A stretch of 64,000 bases of DNA from Selaginella moellendorffii. Taxonomy: Eukaryota > Plantae > Lycopodiophyta. Positions 12,786-23,229 of the stretch are shown here, piece after piece. Position 1 is the stretch's first letter; each line of letters opens with the position of its first letter. Where the stretch lies: NCBI RefSeq assembly GCF_000143415.4, contig NW_003314267.1:420908-484907 (forward strand). Reading direction: 5' to 3'. The position numbers and the translations under genes are program-made. The notes under the pieces are model-generated. The model was not told the origin of the DNA, ran no database searches, and was given only the letters and a program-made list of their open reading frames with translations.

Positions 12786-12965
12786 CTTCTCCTTCTTCTC
12801 TGAAGCGAGCAGCTTCCGTCCAGTGCCATCCAGCGGCACAGGAATCACAATCTCCTTCTCACTGCTCGTAGCTAGCGCATCTGTTGGTTCGTTTTCAAGG
12901 GGCCAGCCAAGTCGCAGGCTCAAAAGCAAACACCATACCAGAAAGCCCCCAAGACTTCCCGGCAT
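11438..12965 (-). CDS. Pectate lyase (PL1), 5 exons
   Basis: Signal peptide MPGSLGG; [81 protein letters not shown] and NAGPL motifs. GT-AG introns of about 55-75 nt, e.g. 12702-12756. Confidence 0.94.
12757..12798 (-). repeat. Coding (AAG)n microsatellite encoding poly-Lys
   Basis: CTT run on the plus strand at the end of pectate lyase exon 1; frame is maintained across the intron. Confidence 0.85.
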
Positions 12966-13282
12966 TGCGAATGACAGTTGAGTTTCCCGCTCGTCTGAAA
13001 CCACATATCTGTTAGTCGCTTTTATACAAACGGGATCCAAGCTCGCTGTAGCGCTGGGAGCACGTCTAGCACGACTCCATGTTCACCTTGCACGACTTCA
13101 TGTTCTCGCATGTGTTTTGTTGCTTTAACTTGTTTCCAGGGATATAGAACGGCACCAGCACGTCTTCCACAATCAGTTCGATCGTGGCAGTTTTCACCAA
13201 GCCAATTGGTCAATACTGCGAGGACTCTAGAGAACATAAGAGGAAAACTTTGGGTTTGAGTATAAAGCAACTAAAAACCAGT

Positions 13283-13302
13283 ATAGGATACTGATAGGAT
13301 AC
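13283..13302 (-). promoter_or_regulatory. Tandem U12-type 5' splice-site motif (USSE-like U11 snRNP-binding element) in the 3' UTR of U11-48K
   Basis: Sense strand reads TGA gctgccga GTATCCTAT ca GTATCCTAT: two RTATCCT motifs with an 11-nt period. Confidence 0.65.
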
Positions 13303-13310
13303 TCGGCAGC

Positions 13311-15195
13311 TCATCTTCTTCGGTGCTTTGACGACTCCCTTCTGTCCCTGCTAGAATGGGAATCACTCCGGTCAGCGTCACTTTCCCACTTGTTACTTCG
13401 GTCTTTGCTCGTATACCTCTCACTTGATCTCGCGCGATCCCTGGAATGTTTCCCCGTATCCCTCGAGTAGTTTTTCTTATCCCTGTAATCATATTTGCTC
13501 CTGTTCTTCTCGTGCGTCTGTGCGTGGTCTGCCCCACCATCTCTGGTTGACTCTGGCTTGCGAGAGGATTGGCCTTTGAAAGAGCCAATTCCCCCGGCTA
13601 CAACGATTTGCTCCATGTGGCTTTCAATGATATCCCGCAAGACCTTCACGTTCGAGATCATGAGAGAAAAAACTGAAGGCGAAATTAAAGTGTCGGATAC
13701 GCACCTGAGATGCTGATCTTCGCACTTTCTTGCCTTTATAGGACATACGCCTTCGCTTATAATCTCTCTCGTCCGCTAGAAGCTCCTCCTTCGTCTTTGA
13801 CTTTGAGGAATCCTGGAGGATCTCAAAAAGTTATACAGGAAAAAAAAAAAAAGGACTCAGCAAACAATGATATACCTCGGCCTGTGAACGCTGCCAACCG
13901 AGACCATCGTGCTCCAAAAGTGGTCTATATTCTGATCGCTGCGGACGCTCTTCAGCAGCCTTGCTCACCAGAACGTCGTAGTCATCTAAGCTGCAAAGAC
14001 GAAGTAGCTCATTACGATTACCAAGTACAAGTATATCAGCTACTCACCATCTCGCATTCGTCAAGGTGCTCATATACACCCGAGCTCTCAAATAACATTC
14101 CAGAGCTGTCCGTTCTTGCAAAGCCTCGACGACGGGTTCGACGTCACAGCGTGCTAGCTGTCTACCATCCTCATCGTTATGCTGCTGTTCGGAACTAGAA
14201 AGCTTGTCAAGAGCCGAGTGCCGAGCAGACAATATTAGGAGATTCTGTAGCAGTCCCAGGATAAAGGCCCCAGCAGCTGGTCGTTGATACAAACAAAACA
14301 GTTGAGATATCAGCCAATTCCCAGACTCAAGCAGCACAGGACAGTTGAGTTGACTCACTTTGTGTCTCGAGATCCGGTCACCATTCCACGTACCAAGCGC
14401 TTCTCTTTTGATGGACGCCAAGAACAGCGTCACCAGTCCAGAAAGATGATGAGCCAGGACGGGATCCAACACTACTCCATGCCGAACGGAGTTTAGAAGT
14501 AGCCAGCCTGCGATCCTCTCCTTGTCAATCTTCATTCCTAAGATCGATATCAAAACGTTCCACGAGTAACTCCGAGGGAGAGATGTCCAGCTCTTCACCT
14601 CCTCTTGCAAAAGCCAGCACTGAGAAGGCAAAAGAGTATCCAACTGTTCTAGCGTCGGTAGCTTCTGTCGATCATCCTCAAGCTCTAGTTTGATACAGTC
14701 GGGCAAATCTGGAAAACCAGCCTGCTGTTGATGGGAGAGAGGTTGATCGGCCGAGACGGGACCAGGAGCATCCCTGTACCAAAACTTTGTCCCAGAAGGA
14801 TCAAAGAAAATCTTCTCTTTGGTCTCTTCCTGCGTTACTCCCGGTGGCTCTGGCTGCTGTTCCAACGGCACTTCCTTGCGTAAGTACCTGAGAGACGCGA
14901 CGAGACTAGCAGCCTCTTCGTCCAATCCAAGCGGCGAAGCAGGACACCGGAGCGAGTGCTGGAGAAGCGCCCTGGCGGGCATGGTGTGGCGGTAATCGAA
15001 AGGACACTGAAGAAGCACCGAGCCCGGACTGGAGGATCTGGAACCGGCTAGATCCACAGCGCCTTGGATGTCTTTCAGGATAGCTTCCGCCCGGGAGCAA
15101 AATCCGCTAATCGATTCCTTGTCATGATCTTCAGGCGTGTGAAGCGGTGGAGCTGGAATGGAGAATTCCATCCCCTGTGGAACCTGGCCCTGCAT
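13311..15195 (-). CDS. SNRNP48: U11/U12 snRNP 48 kDa protein
   Basis: CHHC zinc finger CPFDYRHTMPARALLQHSLRC. Downstream exons give YRPLLEHDGL, KTKEELLADERDYKRRRMSYKGKK, VLRDII..HMEQI and an RS/RD-rich tail. The start could alternatively be 15171. Confidence 0.88.
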
Positions 15196-15634
15196 TACCT
15201 GTTCTGGCGCGCCATTCCTGCTCTCGCCAAGAACCCTAGAACGCTTAAGCCCTAGGCGGGAGTTTACTGATGAATTATGGAACGGAATCCGTGGCGTTTC
15301 TTACATCAACGGCCTGGATTCATTCCATTTGAACTTCCTTCCAGTAGTGCGCCTAGGGTTTTTAGCTCCAGTGGACAGCAGCGTCTTCTCCGGCGACAAT
15401 CCCGCGGAGCTGCGGGCCGCCTGTGGTGAGTGATTGCTCAGCAGATTTGTCTCCTGGATCTCGCGAAATCGGCAAAGATCCAGGGATTTCTTCGCAATGC
15501 TGGCTCTAGATCTCGAGAGCGCCAATCCGGAAGCTAGCAGCGCCTCAAGAACGCAGCGATTGAAGCTGGGGAGCGTGAAATTCTGCTGCGCGGCATAGAT
15601 TCTGGAGAGATCTCTCAGCGGCGAGAAGGAAAGA

Positions 15635-16444
15635 ATGCGGTTGGGAAGCATTCTAGTCTTGCTCACGGTGTGGAGATTTGCGCTGGGCCAGCCAGCGGGA
15701 GGAGACGATGCGCAATGCCTCCGCGGCCTCAAGATGGGATTTCAGGACGTCCAGCGCTCTCTCTTCTCGACGTGGAACGACTCGACTCTCCAGAATCCAT
15801 GCTTCAAGCAATCCTTCACTTCGCTCACGGGGGTCAATTGCAACGACAACAAGGTGGTCTCCATTTTCCTGGGGGGAAGAATGCTTGGCGGGACGATCTC
15901 TCCAGCGATCACCAATTGCTCCAACTTGAACACGCTGGATCTCTCGGACAACCAGCTCACAGGGGTCATTCCATCGCAGATCGGCCAGCTTAACATCCTC
16001 GCGAAGCTGAACTTGGCCAACAACAGGCTGGGTGGTGCCATCCCGGAGAGCTTGGCAAACTGCACGTACCTGAGCGTTTTGGATCTTCACAAAAACGCTC
16101 TCACCGGACAGATCCCTGTAAGTCTGGGGAGCCTCCAGCGGCTCAACAGCTTCGACGTTTCATACAACGATCTATCAGGTCCCATTCCTTACGCGCTCGC
16201 CAACACCTCGGCTGGGATACGTTTCAATGCGTCAGCTTTCGCCGGGAACAAGCACCTCTACGGGTATCCTTTGCCCGAGCCCAAGGCGAGGAACCTCTCC
16301 ATCCTTGGGATCGTGGGAATTGGTCTGGGGAGTGGGATGCTGAGCTTGATAGTGAGCTTCACGGCTGTGTGCATATGGCTGCGGCTGTCCGAGCAAAGGC
16401 TTGCAGCGGAGGAAGGGAAAATCTCACAGTTGATGCCGGAGTGA
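15635..16444 (+). CDS. RLP44: LRR receptor-like protein, RLP44/RLP57 type
   Basis: Signal peptide, Cys cap, about 4 LRRs, RFNASAF-GNKxLYGYPL, transmembrane segment IVGIGLGSG and short tail EEGKISQLMPE. Confidence 0.88.
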   Translation: MRLGSILVLLTVWRFALGQPAGGDDAQCLRGLKMGFQDVQRSLFSTWNDSTLQNPCFKQSFTSLTGVNCNDNKVVSIFLGGRMLGGTISPAITNCSNLNTLDLSDNQLTGVIPSQIGQLNILAKLNLANNRLGGAIPESLANCTYLSVLDLHKNALTGQIPVSLGSLQRLNSFDVSYNDLSGPIPYALANTSAGIRFNASAFAGNKHLYGYPLPEPKARNLSILGIVGIGLGSGMLSLIVSFTAVCIWLRLSEQRLAAEEGKISQLMPE

Positions 16445-16707
16445 GAGACCGATCAATTTCGAGGAGGAGAGAAGAAGCAAAGTAAAGTGGTAACAGTTCG
16501 AGTTTCATTCTATGTGGGACTGAAGCGGGTTGTGCAGGTCTAGCGAAGCTTAGAAGAAATCAATATCCTTGTCTGACAGATTTTTCAGAATAAGAAAAGT
16601 TAAGCTTTTTGTTCTGGATTCTCCGGCTCCGGTTTTGTTTCTTTATAGTTTGTCTCGTGCGGAGCTTGTTCGATACAGGTATGCAATGACGCTCTTTTCG
16701 ATTTTGT

Positions 16708-18456
16708 CTACTTTAACAACTTGTTTCCAGATCCCGAGTACGCGTTTGCGAGCAACGTGTACGCAGCGCATCGCTTTGGATCCAGCTCCACAATCTTCTC
16801 GGCAGCTCTCGCTCCCCGTTTCACGTCGTGATGGATTTTGCAAGCCGCCAGCAGCACCGTCCACGGCAGTCCGTCAGGCTCAAACGGCATTTCCAGTATC
16901 AGGTTCTCTGCGATGTCTGTTCTACCGCTCCGGCCTAAAACATCAACCATGCAGGCGTAGTGCTCGAAGATCGGCTCCAGGCCGTAGTCACCAACCATGG
17001 ACTGGAAGAAGCTCGTCCCGCATTCGAGCAGCCCGCCATGGCTACAAGCGTGAAGGACGTTGACGAACGCAATCTGGTTTGGCGTGAAAGCTTCCAGGCA
17101 CATCAGACGGAAGAAATCCACAGCGGCCTTTCCACGGCCGTTGTGAGCGTAAGCAGCAACCAGGGAAGCCCAGGTGATGCAGTTGTGATGAGAGATTTGG
17201 AGGAAGACAGCCTTGGAGGCCTCTGGAGCTCCACACTTTGCGTACATGGTGATCAAAGCAGTGGCGGCAGTGATGTCGACCGCGAAGCCGGCGTCCACCA
17301 TCAGAGTGTGGACGAGTTTTCCGTGTGCCAGAGAGTTCGTGCCAGTGCAAGCGCCGAGAACCGCTAGGAAGGTGATCTTCGTGGCCTCAACGCCCTCCAG
17401 GTCCATCGCTTTGAAGAGACCGAAGGCTTCCTTGCTGTGCCCCGACTGGACGTAGGCCGTGATGATGGAATTCCAAGACGAGGCGTTCCGGACGGACATG
17501 GAGAGGAATAGCTTCATGGCTTCTTCGATATGTCCTCGTCGGGCATAGGCAGCGACCATCGAGTTCCAGCAGACAACGTCCCGGTGTGGCATTTTCTCGA
17601 AGATGGCTCGAGCTTGGAGCATGATGCCGTGCTTGGCGAAGACGTTGAAGAGAGCAGTGGACAGGATTGTGTGTGACTCCCATCCCAGCTTGATGATTCT
17701 GGAGTGGATCTCTTGGGCTTTTTCTAGAGCTCCGAGGTTCTCACAGGCTTGGAGAGCGTGGATCAAAGTGATCTTGCTCGGCTCCTCGCCCATTTCATCA
17801 AACAGGTCCAGTGCTTCCTGGCTTTGGCCGCTGTGAACAAACGCTGCGATCATGGTGTTCCAGGTAACGACGTTTTTCTTTGGCATGCGGCTGAAAAGTT
17901 CCCTGGCTTCCTGCAGGTGCCCGTTCTGGGTGTATGCCAAGATGATGATGTTCCAAGAGAAGACGTTGGGCGATTTGAGGCCCTGGAAGACTGCCAAAGC
18001 TTCCTGGTGCTGGCCGCAGGCTCCATACATTTGGATGAGAAGATTGGCGAGGAATACGCTCTCGATCAGCCTGGTTTCCAGCAGAAGGTGGTGCAAGCGT
18101 TTGCCTCCTTCGAGTGCTTTGGTTGCTGTACACTGCCGAAGAAGCGTCTCGTAAGTTTTGATCTCATCTCTCTCAGTCCTTCCTAATCGTTGTTGCTGCT
18201 GCAGTTCTTCCAGACGATCCAGCTCTTTCTTGAGCTCTTGATTCACTTCCACACTGGTGCCGCTGCTCCTGGGACCGTCTTGATCTCTATAGATGGATCT
18301 CCTCGACAACCTCCGTGACTCACTGGCAGCCTGCCTCTCGGCCCTGTCCTCGAACTCTCTCTTCGTCAGTACCTCGACATAGCGGCTCAAACTCAAGTGC
18401 GGATCACAGCCAGCTCCATTCGGCACTGTCGACAGTGATCGTAAGATCCTTCTCAT
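16708..18456 (-). CDS. PLS-class PPR protein ending in a truncated E domain (no DYW)
   Basis: P/L/S motifs, HYACMVDVLGRSG, MPFEPD..WTVLLAACKIH and AAYTLLANAY. First ATG is at 18456; the ORF track start at 18483 is GTG. Confidence 0.9.
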   Translation of the reverse strand: MRRILRSLSTVPNGAGCDPHLSLSRYVEVLTKREFEDRAERQAASESRRLSRRSIYRDQDGPRSSGTSVEVNQELKKELDRLEELQQQQRLGRTERDEIKTYETLLRQCTATKALEGGKRLHHLLLETRLIESVFLANLLIQMYGACGQHQEALAVFQGLKSPNVFSWNIIILAYTQNGHLQEARELFSRMPKKNVVTWNTMIAAFVHSGQSQEALDLFDEMGEEPSKITLIHALQACENLGALEKAQEIHSRIIKLGWESHTILSTALFNVFAKHGIMLQARAIFEKMPHRDVVCWNSMVAAYARRGHIEEAMKLFLSMSVRNASSWNSIITAYVQSGHSKEAFGLFKAMDLEGVEATKITFLAVLGACTGTNSLAHGKLVHTLMVDAGFAVDITAATALITMYAKCGAPEASKAVFLQISHHNCITWASLVAAYAHNGRGKAAVDFFRLMCLEAFTPNQIAFVNVLHACSHGGLLECGTSFFQSMVGDYGLEPIFEHYACMVDVLGRSGRTDIAENLILEMPFEPDGLPWTVLLAACKIHHDVKRGARAAEKIVELDPKRCAAYTLLANAYSGSGNKLLK

Positions 18457-18462
18457 GGACAG

Positions 18463-20406
18463 ATGCTCGCTCGTCACTGCCACTCTGTGCTAAGATCCAT
18501 CAGCTCCGCCTCGCGGGATCTTCCAGACATCGAAAACTACGCGTCACTCCTAAGATCTTGCAAGAACTTAGCCAGAGGCAAGCAACTCCACGCTCACTTA
18601 GGAACTTTCGAGGCCGACACCAGCACTTACCTTGGAAATCTCCTCGTCAACATGTATGGTAGCTGTGGCAGCGTCTCCGATGCCCAAGCAGCGTTTGATC
18701 GGATCGAGGAGACGAACGTTTACTCATGGAACATTTTGGTAGCGGCGTATGCCCAGGCTGGGCATATGCCCGAGGCAAGGCAAATCTTCGAGGCAGCGCC
18801 GGCCAGGAACGTAGTAACTTGGAACACGGTCATGACAGGGTATGCTCAACAGGGATATAGCGACGTGACAGTGGAACTCTTTGAGAGGTTCCTGGATAGT
18901 GGTATCAGGCCGACTGGGGTGACGTTCCTGGCAGCTTTGGAAGCTTGCTCGGCTCCCGGGTTGCTGGAGACAGGGAGGAGAATTCACGACAAGATCGCGA
19001 GGCTTGGGCTTGCGGCAGAAGTGAAGATCCAGACAGCGCTGGTAAACATGTACGCTAAGTGTGGGAGTTTGGAGCTTGCTGTGGAGGTTTATCGCGAGAT
19101 CCCAGACGAAGCCAAGGTGGTGGAAGTGAGAAACGCGATGCTGAGCGGGTATGCCCAGAACGGCCATGTCGACGAAGCAAGAAGAGTCTTCGACGAGATG
19201 GAGGAGAGAAGTTTGGTGTCGTGGAACGCCATGGTGGCCGGCTATGCCCAGAACGGGCATTCCGCGGAGGCTCTCCGGTTCTTCCACGCCATGCTCCTCG
19301 ACGGTGGCGTGAAGCCGAGCTCCGTCACCATCGCCAGCGTCTTGGAAGCGTGCACGACAGCAAGCCGAGCCCGACGCCTACACTCACTCATCTCCGAATC
19401 CAGCAACCTCTCGGACGACTTACGGGTGGTCACAGCTCTCACCAACGCGTATGGTAGGTGTGGACTCCCCGGCGAGGCCCGGGAGCTCTTCAACAGATCG
19501 AGCAGCAGGGACGTGGTGCTGTGGACGACCATGATCACGGCGTATGCCCAAAACGGGTATATCACCCAGGCAAGAGAGCTCTTCGAGGAAGCACCGAGCA
19601 AGAACGTTGTTTCCTGGACGACGATGATCACAGGCTATGCCCAAGCGGGCTATCCCCGAGAGGCGCTACAGATGCTGCGAAGGATGGATGTGGAAGGCGT
19701 CCAGCCCAACCGGGTGACGCTCGTCTGCGTGATCGAGGCTTGTTCCGACGTTGCGGCCCTGGCTGAGGGAAAGATGGTCTACTCCGAGATCGCCGGCTAT
19801 GGCGATAGGATGGACACCGTGGTTGCGAACGCGCTGCTCAATCTCCACGGGAAGTGTGGCTGCGTCGCGGAGGCCTGGGAAGTGTTCGCAAATCTCCGGG
19901 AGCGCAGCACCACGTCGTGGACCGCGATGATCACGACGTATGCGCAGAACGGGCATCCCTTGCGAGCGCTGGAGTTGCTCAAGCAGATGGTGGTGGAGGG
20001 GTTCGCTCCAAACGAGATCACCTACGTGAGCGTGCTCTCGGCGTGCGGCCACGTCGGGGATTTGCGGCGGGCGTGCGAGAACTTCGCGATCATGGTCGGC
20101 GACTTTGGGGTGGAGCCGGCGCACTACCACTACATGTGTGTGATGGATGCGCTGGGACGAGCCGGGCAGCTTTGCCGCGCGGAGGAGCTCCTCCACAGCA
20201 TGCCGTTTGAGCCGGACGATATTGCGTGCTCCAGCATCCTGGGCGCTTGTGGGGTTCACAGCGATCGGAGCACGGCTGCCAGGATCGCAGGGATCGCGGG
20301 TCAGGATGATGATTTTGCTGCTTCCTCTGTGCCTTATGTTCTTCTCTCGAATCTCTTCGGCTGTGATGAGCGTGTTGGATCTGCAATGAGAGCTGCACCA
20401 GTGTGA
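18463..20406 (+). CDS. PLS-class PPR protein ending in a truncated E domain (no DYW)
   Basis: 647 aa intronless ORF with repeated SWNAM..GYAQNGH motifs, MPFEPD and PYVLLSNLF. Confidence 0.92.
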   Translation: MLARHCHSVLRSISSASRDLPDIENYASLLRSCKNLARGKQLHAHLGTFEADTSTYLGNLLVNMYGSCGSVSDAQAAFDRIEETNVYSWNILVAAYAQAGHMPEARQIFEAAPARNVVTWNTVMTGYAQQGYSDVTVELFERFLDSGIRPTGVTFLAALEACSAPGLLETGRRIHDKIARLGLAAEVKIQTALVNMYAKCGSLELAVEVYREIPDEAKVVEVRNAMLSGYAQNGHVDEARRVFDEMEERSLVSWNAMVAGYAQNGHSAEALRFFHAMLLDGGVKPSSVTIASVLEACTTASRARRLHSLISESSNLSDDLRVVTALTNAYGRCGLPGEARELFNRSSSRDVVLWTTMITAYAQNGYITQARELFEEAPSKNVVSWTTMITGYAQAGYPREALQMLRRMDVEGVQPNRVTLVCVIEACSDVAALAEGKMVYSEIAGYGDRMDTVVANALLNLHGKCGCVAEAWEVFANLRERSTTSWTAMITTYAQNGHPLRALELLKQMVVEGFAPNEITYVSVLSACGHVGDLRRACENFAIMVGDFGVEPAHYHYMCVMDALGRAGQLCRAEELLHSMPFEPDDIACSSILGACGVHSDRSTAARIAGIAGQDDDFAASSVPYVLLSNLFGCDERVGSAMRAAPV

Positions 20407-20930
20407 TCTGACGCGCTTGCTTTTGCGGACCCGTGGTTGGATTTTGGCCTCGGTTTGAACAGCCTCGCCGGTGGCGGCGGCGAGGCTGCTTCAGTGAGGC
20501 CGCTAAGAACCCTAAAATGCAGTCGTGTTTTTACTTTTGAAAACCTAAATTACTCCGCCGCTCCCTCCAATCCAGCCGTCATGGAATACAAGGCAGCTGT
20601 AGTGTTCTTTCCAGGAAGGATTGAGTCCCAAAGCGTGGATGCATCGGGCTTGATCCCTATCGAGCGCGTCTACCAATCCCGCGGGGGCGAAGGATTCGAT
20701 CACGGTGTTCCACGCAGCTTAACCGAACAATTGTACCATCTGCTTTGCAGTAGTTCTTGTGCTGCACGGAAGTGTGTAAGTTGACTGACAAGGATCATTA
20801 TAGTAGGAACATACCCTCCATTCAATAGCTGGGAAGCTAATCTTGCCTTCGACGGTATTGTAGTACACCAAGCAATTCACCTCCACCCCGGCCCTGCAAT
20901 CTGCTGACAAACAAAATCACTCCAAGTGCC

Positions 20931-22055
20931 TCAACAAGCTTGCTTACCTTTGGCGATGGATTCCGGCACTCCTTCCAAGAAGCGCCCAAAGTCTCCCTTG
21001 GTGATGGGAAACTTGTATGGCAGCTTCAGTCTCTTGGACCTCCTCTTGTCATTCCTGAGCTTCCCAAATCCCACCACCACGCCCGTCAAGCTACCCCTGG
21101 GAGTCATCACTGGCGCTCCACACTCGATCCTGGCCCCGTCGTATGGCAACATGATATGACGGTAAGGAGGGAATTGACAGCTCGTCTCGTACTCCAAGAG
21201 ATCGTCAAATCGTCCGCCATCGCCTCCCACCGATGTTCCGGCCACGAGCAGCGGCTTCTTGTTCCCGTCATGGTCCCACGACGCCGACACCACCTTCACC
21301 CACGGCCCTGGCATCGGCGCGACCACCGCGCAGGCCGAGAAGCTCTGGGAGCATCCCTGCGCGGGAGTTAAAACTCCCACTCCGCCCGCCACCTCTGCTA
21401 CGCACTCGTATCGCCTCCCGTCCACGCACACAACGTAGCGCTTGCCATCGGATTCCTCCTCCGCCTTCTTCTTCATGCAAGCGTAGCTCGTGACGCAAGT
21501 TCCATCCGGCCTCACCAGCGTCACCATTCCACACCTGTTTGTGGCGTCGAGCTCCTCGTCGTCCTGGCGACCCACGCGATAGAACCAGCCGATGAACTTG
21601 CTCGCCTCGGCCTCGAGCACCCGGATATCGTCGGCTGCTTCCCTTACCCGGTTGTGGTAAGCGTGGATAGCTCCCTCGGCCTTGAAGAACACCTGGCGGA
21701 ACTCTTCGTCCAGCTGCCGCGATGCTTCGAGCCGCTTGCGGCTCATCTCTGCCCAATTTGGTATTTGTATTTCTTCTTCTTCTTGAGCGATGATGATCGT
21801 CCCAATGATGGGCATGGCTGCGTCTTTGGAGCTGCCATCGCCCAGGCCACTCCTGACTGCCGTCTGCCGGATGGATTCCACGTCGAAGATGGAGGTTCCA
21901 GTTGCATCCGCGAGCAGCACATCGTCGCCAATACACAGAGTCGCGGGATCCAGCTTCCAAAACGCAGCGATAGCCCTTACCGGCAGCTTGGTTCCATCGC
22001 CCACGAGGCCAAAACGTCTTGCCTCCTGCTCGGCATGCTTCAACCACAGGCCCAT
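20931..22055 (-). CDS. Uncharacterised protein with a degenerate trypsin-like peptidase domain
   Basis: 374 aa ORF. The C-terminal part CGMVTLVRPDGTCVTSYAC...GARIECGAPVMTPRGSLTGVVVG follows the trypsin-2 pattern. It may splice in frame (GT 20947 to AG 20904) into a further exon. Confidence 0.55.
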   Translation of the reverse strand: MGLWLKHAEQEARRFGLVGDGTKLPVRAIAAFWKLDPATLCIGDDVLLADATGTSIFDVESIRQTAVRSGLGDGSSKDAAMPIIGTIIIAQEEEEIQIPNWAEMSRKRLEASRQLDEEFRQVFFKAEGAIHAYHNRVREAADDIRVLEAEASKFIGWFYRVGRQDDEELDATNRCGMVTLVRPDGTCVTSYACMKKKAEEESDGKRYVVCVDGRRYECVAEVAGGVGVLTPAQGCSQSFSACAVVAPMPGPWVKVVSASWDHDGNKKPLLVAGTSVGGDGGRFDDLLEYETSCQFPPYRHIMLPYDGARIECGAPVMTPRGSLTGVVVGFGKLRNDKRRSKRLKLPYKFPITKGDFGRFLEGVPESIAKGKQAC

Positions 22056-23229
22056 TCTATACCCTAGGCTAACCTTTCTATGCTAGAAAATTCCAGGTTG
22101 TTTAGATCTCTGTCACCTTTCAATGCTCTTCCTTCCACCGCCGCCTCGTCCAATGCTGGGACAGGGAATCTCTCCTCGGATTGGAGATCCGCCATCTGGC
22201 GCTCCGAAGAACAGTCGCTCGGCCGCGCCCAAATATCCACCCTGAATGCTGGCACATCAGAAACTTGTTCGCTCCAGGGCCGAGGGCGTTGCGCGTCGAT
22301 GGCGGTGGAGGCTAGAAAGAAGGAAGAATCACGCGATCAAGGATGGATAGGGAGAATCTCGAAAACGAGCCGGACGAGTCATTCGCTTGACGATTAAAAC
22401 GGTACCTTCCCATGGATGATATTGTCACGCCATTTGCCATCTCCACCGATGGAAAGAAACTGACCAGCATACATTTGTTGCGATCTTTCTCTCGGGATAA
22501 ACTCGGACGCCGTTCTACACGCCTCCAACACGATCCTCATCCTTAGAACGCCGGTGTTAAGGCACTGTCATAAGGTAACGGTATTCACCTTGTTTGCTTC
22601 GTGTTTGTTTGCCTGTGCTTGCCGGATTTCTCGAGCTCGACCAGGCTGCCGAGGCTCGTTTGATCCGGACTGCGCCCATGCACTCGCGGTATCTCCTGAT
22701 CACTCGTAGAAGCGGTTGGAAGCCTTAGGTTTGCTGCGCCCGATAGCAGCAGAACCGAATGGTGGCAAATGAACGAAGTAGGTTGTGTGGTGGGCTCGGG
22801 TGTTGGATCGCCATGGAACCATTCAGATTTGAGTCTTTCTTGATAAGCCGACTGATCATGTGAGGTTTCTTACAATTGTCATCGTCTTCTACAGGGCCAA
22901 ACGACTTTGTTTGACGATGAAACTACTGAGTTCTCTGAGAGACGTTTAAAATGGAAAAATTCTTGTGATAGATTTTCAGCAACACGAATATGTCGATTCC
23001 TGAAACACATGCATTCTCTCTTAAAGATAGCTAAGGGGAATACAAAGAAGATACCGCTCGGGCGCTCCTTCTCTTCTTGCTCTCGGGCAATGGCATCACT
23101 AGAATTGTTTAGGGTTCTTCGAGCAGTGCAGAGCTTTCTAGCATTTGCCATCCAGCCGCCAGATTTCTCTCGAAATCAGGTAAGCGAGCTTCCGCAAGAG
23201 GATTCCAAAAATTTCTTCCCAGTAGCTCG

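Noticed and set aside
12008-12829. Poly-Arg N terminus in the ORF track
   Set aside because: Wrong frame read through an intron; splicing gives poly-Lys.
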